A DNA stretch of 53,535 nucleotides from Geodermatophilaceae bacterium (GCA_013695665.1 JACDAB010000176.1:1-53535); one strand, 5' to 3'; shown: positions 28,421 to 38,332, counted from the stretch's first letter. Notes: generated by a model from the sequence alone, not told the origin. Numbers and translations are program-made.

Positions 28421-30049
28421 ATGGCTTCCCTGCCACCTGACCGCAGCGTCAACCTGAACTGGTGGCGTGATGCGGTGTTCTACCAGGTTTACATCCGCAG
28501 CTTCGCCGACGCCGATGGAGACGGGGTCGGGGATCTGCGCGGCCTGCGGCAGCACCTGCCCTACCTGCGCGACCTCGGGATCGATGCCCTCTGGATCACC
28601 CCGTTCTATCCCTCGCCGATGGTGGACCACGGCTACGACGTTGCCGACCCGCGCGGCGTGGACCCCCTGTTCGGTGATCTGCCGGAGTTCGACCTGCTCC
28701 TGACTGAGGCCCACGCTGTCGGGCTCAGGGTCACGATCGATCTGGTGCCGAACCACGTGTCCGCCCTGCACCCGTGGTTCCAGCTCGCGCTGGCCGAGGA
28801 CCCGGGGGGCCCGGCACGGCGGCGCTTCCACTTCCGCCCCGGCCGCGGCGAGGACGGTGGGAGGCCGCCCAACAACTGGCAGTCGACCTTCGGCGGACCG
28901 GCGTGGACCCGCCTGCCGGACGGTCAGTGGTATCTGCACCTGTTCGCCCCGGAGCAGCCGGACCTGAACTGGCACCATCCCGATGTCGCCGAGGACCTGG
29001 CTCGAACCATGCGGTTCTGGCTCGACCGTGGCGTCGACGGCTTCCGGATCGACGTGGCACATGGCCTCGCCAAGGACCCGGAGCTGCCCGACATGCCCGA
29101 CCCGGCTGCCGGTTGGCGGCTGGACAACCCGGATCCGGACTCGCCGAAGCCGCCGCGAGACCCGCGATTCGACGACGACGGAGTCCATGCGCTGCACCGT
29201 GGGATCCGGCAAACCCTCGACGAGTACCCGGGCTCGATGGCAGTCGGTGAGATCTGGGTGGACGACGACGAACGATTCGCCCGCTACCTCCGCCCGGATG
29301 AGTTGCATCTCGGGTTCAACTTCAAGCTCCTTGAAGCAGACTGGGACGCCGCGCCGCTGCGCGCGGCCATTGAGCGCTCGATCATCAGTGTGGAGAGCAC
29401 CGGCGCGCCGCCGTGCTGGGTGTTGTCCAACCACGACCGCCCGCGGCACGTGTCTCGCTACGGCGACGGCGGCAAAGGGCAACGCCGTGCCCGCGCCGCC
29501 GCGCTGTTGATGCTTGCCCTGCCCGGCGTTGCCTTCCACTACTACGGCGAGGAGTTGGGCATGCCGAGCGTCCGGCTGCCCGACGACGCGCTCCAGGACC
29601 CGGTGTGGCAGCGAAGCGGCCAGAGCGAGCGTGGCCGCGACAGCGAGCGCGTTCCCATGCCCTGGTCCGGTCAGTCCTCGCCGTACGCATTCAGCTCGGG
29701 CTCAACCACCTGGCTGCCGATGCCTGCGGGCTGGGCCCCGATCACCGTTGACGCCCAAGAGCGAGATCCCGCTTCCCTGCTGAAGCTGTACCGGGCCGCA
29801 CTACGTCTGCGCCGCGACCACCGCGGCTCCCCGGCGGGCCGCGTGACCTGGCTCGACAGTCCGCCCGGGATGCTCGCCTTTCGCTGCGCCGGCATGACCT
29901 GTGCGGTCAATCTCGGCGCAGCGGCCGCCAAGCTGCCGAAGGGGTCGGTGTTGCTGAGCAGCGTGGAACTGGCGGCGGGCCTGCTGCCGGTGGACGCAGC
30001 GGCCTGGCTCACCGAGCATTCACCGCCGCCCGCGGTCACGCCCGGCTGA
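28421..30049 (+). CDS. GH13 alpha-glucosidase / oligo-1,6-glucosidase family
   Basis: 542 aa from ATG at 28421 (GAGGAG SD). WWRDAVFYQVYIRSFADADGDGVGDLRGL, DLVPNH, GFRIDVAH, GEIW and NHD are the GH13 conserved regions. The gene occupies the aglA-equivalent position next to glbO. Confidence 0.9.
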   Translation: MASLPPDRSVNLNWWRDAVFYQVYIRSFADADGDGVGDLRGLRQHLPYLRDLGIDALWITPFYPSPMVDHGYDVADPRGVDPLFGDLPEFDLLLTEAHAVGLRVTIDLVPNHVSALHPWFQLALAEDPGGPARRRFHFRPGRGEDGGRPPNNWQSTFGGPAWTRLPDGQWYLHLFAPEQPDLNWHHPDVAEDLARTMRFWLDRGVDGFRIDVAHGLAKDPELPDMPDPAAGWRLDNPDPDSPKPPRDPRFDDDGVHALHRGIRQTLDEYPGSMAVGEIWVDDDERFARYLRPDELHLGFNFKLLEADWDAAPLRAAIERSIISVESTGAPPCWVLSNHDRPRHVSRYGDGGKGQRRARAAALLMLALPGVAFHYYGEELGMPSVRLPDDALQDPVWQRSGQSERGRDSERVPMPWSGQSSPYAFSSGSTTWLPMPAGWAPITVDAQERDPASLLKLYRAALRLRRDHRGSPAGRVTWLDSPPGMLAFRCAGMTCAVNLGAAAAKLPKGSVLLSSVELAAGLLPVDAAAWLTEHSPPPAVTPG

Positions 30050-30677
30050 GCGAGAGGCCGTTGCGTCGCTGATAGGCGGTGCCATGGCGGGCCGCCAACC
30101 GGATCCAGGCCGGCGAACAGGCGACCCGCATCACCGCGGCGGGCGCCGTTGCCGCGCCGAGGAAGCCCAGCCGGTGGAGCACGATGACGACACGCACAGG
30201 CAGGACCACCTCGTCGCCACCGCCCGAGACCCGCAGCGCCTCCTGGTCGAGCAGGGAGCCGCCGGCGATGACCGGGTCGGCAGCGGCCCGTACGGCGCGG
30301 CCGGCGCTATCAGCCAAGTCGCGCACAACTTCTGCCGGAACCACGTCGAGGTCAGACCAACCCGCCCGTGGCGGAAGCGTCACCCGCCAGCCCGCATCCC
30401 TCGCCGGGGGCAGTCTCACCGAGCCCCCGGCCGGCGCGCCGACGGCAGCCAGCAACTCCACCGCCGGCATCGTCCGGTCCCCTACGTTCATCTGCGCGCG
30501 GATCTCGGTCCGGATGACCACGTCGAGCGGACTTGCCCAGAACGTCACGAACTCTCCGGCCTGCTGCAGCCGCACCAGGCCGACCGCATCCAGCCGGGTC
30601 AACCGGCTCAGCAACACCGAACAGTCGGTCAGGTCCTCGGGAGCCCGGGCCCGCAGCACCGCCTCATCCGTCGTCAC
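30036..30677 (-). CDS. Hypothetical protein
   Basis: 213-aa ORF with a GTG start. It overlaps the upstream thioesterase stop by 14 nt and the convergent GH13 gene end by 14 nt. No family recognised. Confidence 0.6.
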   Translation of the reverse strand: MTTDEAVLRARAPEDLTDCSVLLSRLTRLDAVGLVRLQQAGEFVTFWASPLDVVIRTEIRAQMNVGDRTMPAVELLAAVGAPAGGSVRLPPARDAGWRVTLPPRAGWSDLDVVPAEVVRDLADSAGRAVRAAADPVIAGGSLLDQEALRVSGGGDEVVLPVRVVIVLHRLGFLGAATAPAAVMRVACSPAWIRLAARHGTAYQRRNGLSLSRA

Positions 30678-31086
30678 GGCAGTCCTCGAGGAACTCCCGC
30701 TCCTGCCGGGTGAGCCGGCGCAGGCGACCGGCGGCCATGTCGAAGGGCGCCAGCAAGGACCGGGCCGTGGTGGCCAGCAGGGGCCTACCGGTGGACTCTT
30801 CCCAGATCTCGTAGTCGGCGGTGTAGGACGCTGCCTTGATCTGGCTCACCCACAGCTCGATCCGCAGCGGCTGCGGCGCGAACGAGATCGGTCGCTTGTA
30901 CCTGATCTGGTGCTCCGCCACGACGATGCCGGTGGCCAGACCTTCAACGCCCTGGCCCCGGGCCTTGGTGAAGAACACGTCGATCCTGGCCTGCTCCAGG
31001 TAGGCGAGGTAGACGGTGTTGTTGATGTGCCCGTAGGCATCCATGTCCGCCCACCGCATCGGACACAGGTAGCTATGGCGCGCCAT
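30664..31086 (-). CDS. Acyl-CoA thioesterase (hotdog fold, 4HBT/YbgC-like)
   Basis: 140 aa. RWADMDAYGHINNTVYLAYLEQARIDVF is the typical 4HBT N-terminal motif. Confidence 0.8.
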   Translation of the reverse strand: MARHSYLCPMRWADMDAYGHINNTVYLAYLEQARIDVFFTKARGQGVEGLATGIVVAEHQIRYKRPISFAPQPLRIELWVSQIKAASYTADYEIWEESTGRPLLATTARSLLAPFDMAAGRLRRLTRQEREFLEDCRDDG

Positions 31087-31520
31087 CAGCGGGACTCGCC
31101 CTCAGCGGACCACCGGAGCAACCATGTGCGCTCCGGCTCCTGCCACGGCCGCGAGCGCTCCTCCCCGTAGTCGTAGCAGACCAGGACGTGCTCCGTCCGC
31201 GCGACAGCTCGCGCACGGTCCGCGGCCGCGCCCGAAGCCGCATCGGCGGCATGGAAGACATCCTGACGGAGCCGGCAACTGCTGCGACCCACTGCGAGCA
31301 CCGTGGTGTGGACCACCAACTCACCCCCAATGGCGAAGTGCACCGGTCGGACAAAGTCGATCTCGGTGTGGGCCAGGATGATTGAGCCGTTGCCCGCCGG
31401 GGAGTCGGCGAGCCAGGACAACCGGGCATCTTCGGTGTAGGTCAGGTAGCGGCTGTTGTTGACGTGGCCCAGCCTGTCCTCGTCGGACCACCGGACGGCC
31501 ACGTCGTAGCGGTGCGGCAC
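31086..31520 (-). CDS. Acyl-CoA thioesterase (hotdog fold), tandem paralog
   Basis: 144 aa from GTG at 31520 (VPHRYDVAVRWSDEDRLGHVNNSRYLTYTEDARLSWL). It begins 10 nt after the ettA stop, and its stop overlaps the next ATG by 1 nt (TGATG). Confidence 0.75.
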   Translation of the reverse strand: MPHRYDVAVRWSDEDRLGHVNNSRYLTYTEDARLSWLADSPAGNGSIILAHTEIDFVRPVHFAIGGELVVHTTVLAVGRSSCRLRQDVFHAADAASGAAADRARAVARTEHVLVCYDYGEERSRPWQEPERTWLLRWSAEGESR

Positions 31521-31530
31521 GCGGGGGACC

Positions 31531-33201
31531 CTAGTCCCGACTGAGCCTGCGATAGGTCGTGCGGTGGGGGCGGGCAGCCTCCGGGCCAAGCCGCTCGACC
31601 TTGTTTCGCTCGTATGCATCGAAGTTCCCCTCGAACCACACCCACCGAGAGTCGTCCTCGGCGGCGAGGATATGGGTCGCGACCCGGTCGAGGAACCACC
31701 GGTCGTGGCTGACCACGACGGCGCAGCCGGAGAAGTCCAGCAGAGCGTTCTCCAGGCTGGACAGCGTTTCGACGTCCAGGTCGTTCGTGGGCTCATCGAG
31801 AAGCAGCAGGTTGCCACCCTGCTTCAGGGTCATGGCCAGGTTGAGCCGGTTGCGCTCTCCGCCTGACAACACGCCGGCCAGTTTCTGCTGATCCGGACCC
31901 TTGAACCCGAACGCGCTGATGTAGGCCCGCGAGGGCATCTCGACGTTGCCGACCTTGATGTAGTCCAAACCATCGGAAACGACCTGCCAGACCGACTTCG
32001 TGCCGTCGATGCCACCGCGACCCTGATCGACGTAGGACAGCCGGACGGTCTCCCCGACCTTGATGTCACCGCCGTCGGGCTTCTCCTCACCGATGATCAT
32101 CTTGAACAGGGTTGTCTTTCCAGCACCGTTGGGGCCGATCACCCCGACGATGCCGCCTCGGGGCAGGTCGAAGGTCAACCCGTCGATCAGGCAGCGGCCG
32201 TCGAAGCCCTTGGTCAGGTCGTCGGTGGCGACCACGATGCTGCCCAGTCGCGGACCCGGCGGGATCTGTATCTCGTCGAAGTCCAGCTTGCGGAACTTGT
32301 CGGCCTCGGCGGCCATCTCCTCGTAGCGGGCCAGCCGGGACTTGCTCTTGGCTTGCCTGCCCTTGGCGTTCTGCCGCACCCAGTCCAGCTCGTCGCGCAG
32401 CCGCTTGGCCCGCTTCGCATCCTTCTGGCCCTCCACCTTGAGCCGGGCCGACTTGGTTTCCAGGTAGGTGGAGTAGTTGCCTTCATACGGGTAGGCCCGG
32501 CCGCGATCCAGTTCGAGGATCCATTCCGCGACGTTGTCCAGGAAGTACCGGTCGTGGGTGACGGCGAGGACCGCGCCGGCGTAGCCCGCGAGGTGCTGCT
32601 CGAGCCACAGCACACTTTCTGCGTCGAGGTGGTTGGTCGGCTCGTCCAGCAACAGCAGATCAGGCTGCTCCAGCAGGAGCCGGCACAGGGCGACCCGCCG
32701 GCGCTCCCCACCGGAGAGCACGCTCACGTCGGCGTCACCGGGTGGGCAGCGCAGTGCGTCCATGGCCTGGTCGATCCGGCTCTCGAGCTCCCACCCGTTC
32801 GCGGCGTCGATCTTTTCCATGAGGTCGCCCTGCTCCGGCAGCAGGGTGTCGTAGTCGGCGTCCGGCTCACCCATCGCCTCGCTGACCTCGGCGAACCGGG
32901 TGAGCAGGTCCCGCACCTCGCGTACGCCCTCTTCGACGTTGCCGCGGACGTCGAGGTCCTCGTTGAGCTCAGGCTCCTGTTCGAGCATGCCCACCGAGTA
33001 ACCGGGGGTCAGTTTCGCCTCGCCGTTGGAGGGATGCTCCTTTCCCGCCATGACCCGGAGCACCGTCGACTTGCCGGCGCCGTTCGGCCCCACGACGCCG
33101 ATCTTGGCGCCAGGGAGGAACGCCAGCGTGACGTTGTCCAGGATCAGCTTGTCGCCGTAGGCCTTGCGTGCCCGCTGCATGGAGTAGATGTGTTGCGCCA
33201 C
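31531..33201 (-). CDS. ettA: Energy-dependent translational throttle protein EttA (ABC-F ATPase)
   Basis: 556 aa from GTG at 33201 (VAQHIYSMQRARKAYGDKLILDNVTLAFLPGAKIGVVGPNGAGKST). It has two ABC cassettes (GPNGAGKST/GPNGAGKTT, LSGGERRR/LSGGERNR) and EttA-like length and termini. Confidence 0.93.
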   Translation of the reverse strand: MAQHIYSMQRARKAYGDKLILDNVTLAFLPGAKIGVVGPNGAGKSTVLRVMAGKEHPSNGEAKLTPGYSVGMLEQEPELNEDLDVRGNVEEGVREVRDLLTRFAEVSEAMGEPDADYDTLLPEQGDLMEKIDAANGWELESRIDQAMDALRCPPGDADVSVLSGGERRRVALCRLLLEQPDLLLLDEPTNHLDAESVLWLEQHLAGYAGAVLAVTHDRYFLDNVAEWILELDRGRAYPYEGNYSTYLETKSARLKVEGQKDAKRAKRLRDELDWVRQNAKGRQAKSKSRLARYEEMAAEADKFRKLDFDEIQIPPGPRLGSIVVATDDLTKGFDGRCLIDGLTFDLPRGGIVGVIGPNGAGKTTLFKMIIGEEKPDGGDIKVGETVRLSYVDQGRGGIDGTKSVWQVVSDGLDYIKVGNVEMPSRAYISAFGFKGPDQQKLAGVLSGGERNRLNLAMTLKQGGNLLLLDEPTNDLDVETLSSLENALLDFSGCAVVVSHDRWFLDRVATHILAAEDDSRWVWFEGNFDAYERNKVERLGPEAARPHRTTYRRLSRD

Positions 33202-33333
33202 GTCGTGTGTCTGTCCCGTCGAGTCAAGGGGTGCAGTGCTGTCACCGCCATCCTTCCAGCCATCGACCCATCCGATGCGAGGCGGCAAGCGGAGCGCGGG
33301 CGGGACACCCGCGGGGGGGCCGGACGGGCCACC

Positions 33334-33861
33334 TCAGCGCAGCGCCGGGGTGAGATCCCGCTCGTCGTCGTACTCGGCGGGGGTGTCCTCCTCCGGCGCC
33401 TCGTCGACCACCTCGTCGATCCCCTCGCCGATCACGTCGCGGATCGCCGCGCCGGTTGCGACATCAACCCCTCCGTCGATCACGTCGTGGGTCACAACGT
33501 CCTTCCGCATCCGGCTGAACTCGACCTGTCCCCACGTGAGGTCGGCGCCCACCACATGCGCCTCCATGTCGTAGGACTGCCGCTTCTGCCCGTCCAGCTC
33601 GTAGTGCCGGGTGAACACCCGACCGTGGACGATGACGGGGTCACCCTTAACCACCGAGCGGGCGACGTTGTCGGCCAGATGACGCCAGCACGAGACATTC
33701 AGATACAGCGTGTCGCCGTCCACCCATTGCTGAGTCTCGCGATCCCGGCGGCGCGCCGTCGAGGCCACCCGGAAATTCGTGACGCTGACGCCCGCCTCGG
33801 TGTGGCGCCGTTTCGGCGCATTGACGATTCTGCCGACCACGGTGATCACGGTGTCGTTCAT
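33334..33861 (-). CDS. ssb: Single-stranded DNA-binding protein paralog
   Basis: 175 aa with an AAGGAGG SD. The OB-fold N-terminus is MNDTVITVVGRIVNAPKRRHTEAGVSVTNFRVAST...LYLNVSCWRHLADNV, followed by an acidic C-terminal tail. It is adjacent to ettA, as for Rv2478c. Confidence 0.85.
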   Translation of the reverse strand: MNDTVITVVGRIVNAPKRRHTEAGVSVTNFRVASTARRRDRETQQWVDGDTLYLNVSCWRHLADNVARSVVKGDPVIVHGRVFTRHYELDGQKRQSYDMEAHVVGADLTWGQVEFSRMRKDVVTHDVIDGGVDVATGAAIRDVIGEGIDEVVDEAPEEDTPAEYDDERDLTPALR

Positions 33862-34033
33862 CGCACCGCCTCCTTCGTTCTCCGACCGGGCGGTCCGGCC
33901 GCCCCACCGGCACGCTGCCGGCTACGAGCACCGTGCCCGGTGATGCGCGCTTGGACGAGACGCCGCCGCCGGCTGGGGAAAACCGCTCGCCGCTGTGGAC
34001 AGCGCGGCCGAGGACGGGTGGTGGGTTCCCGGA

Positions 34034-34651
34034 CTACCCGCGGGTGGCGAGTTCGGCGAGGCCGGGACCGTCGAGGTCGGCACGCCCGTCAGGTCGGCCG
34101 GTCATCGCCAGCACAAGGGACAGCAGTGGGCCGCTGACCAGCGGCCCGTCACCTGTGGACCAGTCGGCATCCGTTGCCTGCAGCCGCAGCCCCGCGATCC
34201 GCTTCTTGGCGCCGAGCCCCATTCCGGCGTTGCGGTAGGCGTCGGCGACCACCCGGAGGTGCTCCTCGGGATAGGTGCCCGGGCCGTCTCCGACTGCCCG
34301 GCGGATGTCCTCGCTGTGCACGATGACCTCACCCAGCATCGCCGGTCCCGGCCGGGTCTTCGCCCCCGTCAGCGCGGCCAGGCGGGAGGTCAATTCGCTT
34401 GGCGTCCCCTCGGACTCACCTGCGGCCGCGGAGCGCATCGACTTGTCGAAGTCGAACCTTGCCTTCACCATGCCGAGAAGGAATTTCGGCGGCGTGTTCC
34501 TGGCGCCGGCGATGAGGTGTCCCACGATGTCCCGCACGCAGTACTCCGGGCACAGCGACTGCTGCTCCCAGACCGGGGCCGGCACTGCCCGGAGGTAGCC
34601 GACGAGGCGCTCCCGCTCGGCCTGCTGCATCGACCACACGGTGCCTGCCAC
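34034..34651 (-). CDS. Maleylpyruvate isomerase-family mycothiol-dependent enzyme (DinB/TIGR03083-like)
   Basis: 205 aa with a GTG start and GGAG SD. The N-terminal pattern W..Q.LC.EY.VRDIVGHL and the overall length are typical of the family. Confidence 0.78.
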   Translation of the reverse strand: MAGTVWSMQQAERERLVGYLRAVPAPVWEQQSLCPEYCVRDIVGHLIAGARNTPPKFLLGMVKARFDFDKSMRSAAAGESEGTPSELTSRLAALTGAKTRPGPAMLGEVIVHSEDIRRAVGDGPGTYPEEHLRVVADAYRNAGMGLGAKKRIAGLRLQATDADWSTGDGPLVSGPLLSLVLAMTGRPDGRADLDGPGLAELATRG

Positions 34652-34662
34652 AGTGCGCTCCT

Positions 34663-34703
34663 ATTGGTAGCCCAATGGTTACGGTAAGCCGCAGGTTACC
34701 ATT
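34663..34703. promoter_or_regulatory. Candidate ArsR-family operator in a 57-bp divergent intergenic region
   Basis: There is a perfect inverted repeat ATTGG-tagc-CCAAT (34663-34676). An imperfect 9-bp inverted repeat AATGGTTAC-N12-GTTACCATT (34674-34703, one mismatch) ends immediately upstream of the ArsR ATG at 34709. Confidence 0.3.
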
Positions 34704-34708
34704 CGGAG

Positions 34709-35041
34709 ATGGCCGATGCTCAACTGTCCGGAGAGGCCTTCGGGGCGCTTGGTGACCCCAACCGGCGGGCGATCGTGGAAATGCTCGGCGACCGGGAGCG
34801 ATCGGTACAACAACTGGCCGACGCACTGCCGATCAGCCGGCCGGCGGTCTCCCGTCACCTGCGACTGCTCAAGGATGCCGGGCTCGTCGTCGAGCAGGCC
34901 CAGGGCACCCAACGGATCTACTCGTTGCACGACGCCGGCGTGACCGCCGTGCGCCAATACCTGGAGGAGGTCTGGGGTACGGCGGTCGCACGGTTCCGGC
35001 TGGCCGCGGAAAACACCACCCCGGACGGCGGCGCATCATGA
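34709..35041 (+). CDS. ArsR/SmtB-family transcriptional regulator
   Basis: 110 aa. ALGDPNRRAIVEMLGDRERSVQQLADALPISRPAVSRHLRLLKDAGLV is the canonical winged-HTH. Confidence 0.88.
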   Translation: MADAQLSGEAFGALGDPNRRAIVEMLGDRERSVQQLADALPISRPAVSRHLRLLKDAGLVVEQAQGTQRIYSLHDAGVTAVRQYLEEVWGTAVARFRLAAENTTPDGGAS

Positions 35042-35511
35042 CCGCACTGACCCTGAGCTTCACCGTCGCGTGCCCGGTCGAGCACGCATTCCGGACATGG
35101 ACCTCACGGATCGCGCTGTGGTGGCCGCCGAGTCACACGATGACCGGCGAGGACCACCTCGGTGTCGTCATCGAGCCGAGTATCGGCGGTCGCATCTACG
35201 AGCGAACCCACAGCGCCCGCGAGGTCGACTGGGGACAGGTCATGCGCTGGGAACCACCCACGCGCTTCGCCTTCCGCTGGCACCTGGGCGCCGACTCGCG
35301 CCTGGCCACCGACGTCGAACTCACGTTCTCACCGACCGGAGCAGGCGGTACGACGATCGACCTCGTCCACACCGGCTGGGACCGTCTCGGGGCCGACGGG
35401 CCGGTGCGGCGCGAACGCAACACCGCTGGCTGGACCGCCGTCTTCGCGCATTTCGCCCGGGCCGCCGACCTCGACCCGCCCCATCCAGCCGGTGGGTTGC
35501 CCCGACAGTAG
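35038..35511 (+). CDS. SRPBCC-domain protein (Aha1/START-like)
   Basis: 157 aa with an ATGA overlap onto the ArsR gene. The pattern VEHAFRTWTSRIALWWP...GGRIYERT...WGQVMRWEPPTRFAFRW is typical of ArsR-linked SRPBCC proteins. Confidence 0.85.
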   Translation: MTALTLSFTVACPVEHAFRTWTSRIALWWPPSHTMTGEDHLGVVIEPSIGGRIYERTHSAREVDWGQVMRWEPPTRFAFRWHLGADSRLATDVELTFSPTGAGGTTIDLVHTGWDRLGADGPVRRERNTAGWTAVFAHFARAADLDPPHPAGGLPRQ

Positions 35512-35520
35512 GTTCCCCGC

Positions 35521-36711
35521 GTGGCCAGGCTCGCGCGGGACAGGGTGACATGGCTGATCTACAGCCAACTCGCCGTATATGGCTATTTCGTCTACGGCTT
35601 CGGACCGTCGGTGCTGCTGCTCCGCGATGACCAGCAGGCATCCCGGACGGTCTCCGGCCTGCACGGTACGGCGCTGGCCGCCGGGGCGATCCTCGCCGGA
35701 TTGGTCGGCGCCCACCTCGTACGGCGTTTCGGTCGCTCAGCGGTGCTACGAGTGGGCCTGGCCGGGCTGGCCGGCGGGGTGCTCGTGTTCAGCGTCGCCC
35801 GCGAACTGCCGTGGACGCTTCTCGGTGCGCTGATCGCCGGCACGTTCGGGGCGCTGATGCTGAACACCGACTCCGCGGTGCTGAGCGATCACCACGGACT
35901 CGCCGGACCCGCGGCGATCAGCGAGGCAAACGCGCTCGCCGCGGGGACGGGCCTGATCGCCCCCCTCGTCATCGGCGCGGCAGCGGCGAGCACCCTCGGA
36001 TGGCGGCCAGGCTTCGCGCTGGCCGCCCTGCTGGCGGTGGTCCTCCTGCTGGCAAGCTCGCGCGTTTCGGTTCCCCAGCCCGCCGTACATCGAGACCCTG
36101 GCGGATCCGCCGGCGACTCGGCCGCGTCACGGTCATCCGGTCGCCTGCCTCGGCGGTACTGGCTCGCCTGGGCGGTGCTCGTCCTGTGCATCGCCACCGA
36201 GTTCTCGATGACCATCTGGGCGGCCGATCTGCTCCGCCAGCAAGCCGGCCTCAGTGCCGGCGCAGCGGCCGGCTCGGTGAGCGCCCTCATCGCGGGAATC
36301 GCGATCGGCCGGGTTGCCGGCGGAAGGCTGGCCCTGCACCAGAGCCCCGAGCGGCTGTTGGCGGGCAGCCTTGCACTCACCGCCGCGGGTTTCCTGCTCT
36401 TCTGGTCGACGACGTCGGCCCCGCTGGCGCTGCTCGGCATGTTCGTCATGGGTCTGGGCATCTCCGTGCAGTTCCCGCTCAGCGTGGCGCGGGCGATCGC
36501 CGCGTCCGAGGGCCGCACGGACCAGGCGACGGCGCGGCTCTCGATCGGGGCGGGCCTGGCCATCGGGCTGGCGCCGTTCCTGCTGGGCTTTCTAGCCGAT
36601 CAGATGGGCACGCGGCGCGCATTCCTCATTGTCCCGGTGCTGCTCCTGCTCGCTGCCGCTGGGCTCTGGAGCGGCCGGCGGCGGCGGCGGCCCCGCGGCG
36701 GCGTTGGCTAG
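35521..36711 (+). CDS. MFS transporter
   Basis: 396 aa with about 12 hydrophobic segments. It is the third gene of the ArsR-SRPBCC operon. Confidence 0.8.
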   Translation: MARLARDRVTWLIYSQLAVYGYFVYGFGPSVLLLRDDQQASRTVSGLHGTALAAGAILAGLVGAHLVRRFGRSAVLRVGLAGLAGGVLVFSVARELPWTLLGALIAGTFGALMLNTDSAVLSDHHGLAGPAAISEANALAAGTGLIAPLVIGAAAASTLGWRPGFALAALLAVVLLLASSRVSVPQPAVHRDPGGSAGDSAASRSSGRLPRRYWLAWAVLVLCIATEFSMTIWAADLLRQQAGLSAGAAAGSVSALIAGIAIGRVAGGRLALHQSPERLLAGSLALTAAGFLLFWSTTSAPLALLGMFVMGLGISVQFPLSVARAIAASEGRTDQATARLSIGAGLAIGLAPFLLGFLADQMGTRRAFLIVPVLLLLAAAGLWSGRRRRRPRGGVG

Positions 36712-36745
36712 AGCGGATCGCAGCCGGCACGGAGCGGCGAGTGGC

Positions 36746-37939
36746 CTATGCCGGTGTGAACACCACCGTTCCGTTGTGCCCCCCGAAGGCGAAGGAGTTG
36801 GACAGCGCCGGTCCGGGCGTCCACCGACGTGGTTCGAGTACGACGTCGATGTCGAAGGCCGGGTCGACCTGGACCACGCCCATCGTCGGCGGCAGCTCGC
36901 CGTGACGGAAACTCAGCGCGAGGGCGATTGCCTCGATCGCACCCGCAGCGCCCAACGCGTGGCCGGTCACCCCCTTGATCGAGGTGACCGCGGGCCGGGT
37001 GGTGGCGAAGACGGCTGCCACGGCCGCAGCCTCGGTGGCGTCGTTGAGTGGGGTCGAGGTGCCGTGCGCGTTGATGTGCGTGACCTCCTCCGCTGACAGC
37101 CCGGCGTCGGCGAGCGCAGCGCGCATGCAGGCGATCGCGCCGCGACCGTCGGGCGCGGGTGCAGTGATGTGGTGTGCGTCCGCAGTCGATCCGCTCCCGG
37201 CAACTTCGGCGTACACCGTGGCCCCTCGCGCTGCCGCTGCCGCGGCTTCCTCCAGGACGAGTGCGCCGCCGGCTTCGGCGGAGCAGAAGCCGTCCCGGTC
37301 GATGTCGAAGGGGCGGGAGATCCCGGATGACGACAGCGCCTTCATGTTGAGGAAGCCGTTGCTCATCACGCCGGTCTGGCAGGATTCCGAACCCCCGACG
37401 AGCACCGCGTCGCATCGACCGGCAGCGACCAGCCGCGCCCCGTTGCTGACGGCGTGCGTCCCGGAGGCGCACGCGGTCACGATCGTCTCCACCGGCCCGC
37501 GCCAGCCGTATCGCATGGACACCATGGCGGCCGCCGCGTTGGGCATCACGGTGGGGACCACGAGCGGCGACACTCGTGCCGGACCACGCTCGAGGAGGAT
37601 CTTCGATTGCGACTCCCACGCGTAGGCGCCACCGATGCCGGTACCCATGACGATGCCGCATCGGGCCCGGTCGTAGGGCAACTCCGCACCGTCGAGCCCA
37701 GCGTCTGCCAGTGCCTGCGTCGCGGCCGCCAGCCCCAACTGGGCGAAGCGATCCGTCCGGCGGGCCTCGACGTGGGTGATACCCCATCGGGACGGGTCGA
37801 AGTCGGGAATCCGGCGGTCGATGATCGGCTCGGCCGGTCGGCGCAATCCGGCCCAGAACTCCTCGGCCCCGGTCCCGCACGGCGCCAGGACCCCGACACC
37901 GGTGATCACCACGCGACGGCCGTTACGCGACTCGATCAC
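36746..37939 (-). CDS. Beta-ketoacyl-[ACP] synthase II-type condensing enzyme (KAS)
   Basis: 397 aa. VVITGVGVLAPCG opens the protein. The active-site Cys is in TACASGTHAV and the His residues are in HGTSTPLND and TGHALGAAG (C-H-H triad). The start overlaps the ACP stop by 4 nt. Confidence 0.9.
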   Translation of the reverse strand: MIESRNGRRVVITGVGVLAPCGTGAEEFWAGLRRPAEPIIDRRIPDFDPSRWGITHVEARRTDRFAQLGLAAATQALADAGLDGAELPYDRARCGIVMGTGIGGAYAWESQSKILLERGPARVSPLVVPTVMPNAAAAMVSMRYGWRGPVETIVTACASGTHAVSNGARLVAAGRCDAVLVGGSESCQTGVMSNGFLNMKALSSSGISRPFDIDRDGFCSAEAGGALVLEEAAAAAARGATVYAEVAGSGSTADAHHITAPAPDGRGAIACMRAALADAGLSAEEVTHINAHGTSTPLNDATEAAAVAAVFATTRPAVTSIKGVTGHALGAAGAIEAIALALSFRHGELPPTMGVVQVDPAFDIDVVLEPRRWTPGPALSNSFAFGGHNGTVVFTPA

Positions 37940-38184
37940 GACGCGGCCACCTTCGCGAGAACAAGTTGCTCCAGGTGGCCATAGGTCGTCACCTCCGACA
38001 ACTCGTCGTCGGTGATGTTGATGCCGTAGCGCTCCTCCAGGGACATCGACAGCTCGATTCCGGCAAGGGAGTCCAGGCCCAGGTCCTCACCGAGCAGGAC
38101 GCCGGGTACCAGTTGCTCGGCCCCGATTCCGAGATGCCGGGCAGCGTCGGCGCGCACGGTCTCCGCGGTGACAGGCTGACTCAT
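37936..38184 (-). CDS. Acyl carrier protein
   Basis: 82 aa from ATG at 38184 (an alternative ATG at 38244 adds 20 aa). The phosphopantetheine attachment motif is GEDLGLDSLAGIEL. Confidence 0.8.
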   Translation of the reverse strand: MSQPVTAETVRADAARHLGIGAEQLVPGVLLGEDLGLDSLAGIELSMSLEERYGINITDDELSEVTTYGHLEQLVLAKVAAS

Positions 38185-38332
38185 CGCACGACCACCGCTC
38201 GTACCACTGGCACCACTCGCTCTCGGCTCATAGGTCTCCTTCATCGGCCGTGAACCGATCCTGCCACGGTGGCGGGGACTGATCCCCCAGCCTCAGGACG
38301 AGGCGGTTGCGGGTGCGACTACATTCACCGGC

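Noticed and set aside
35811-36905. 364-aa plus-strand ORF and overlapping ORFs inside or after the second MFS gene
   Set aside because: It is an alternative frame of the MFS gene that continues antisense into the KAS gene. The Arg/Pro/Gly-rich translation has no motifs.
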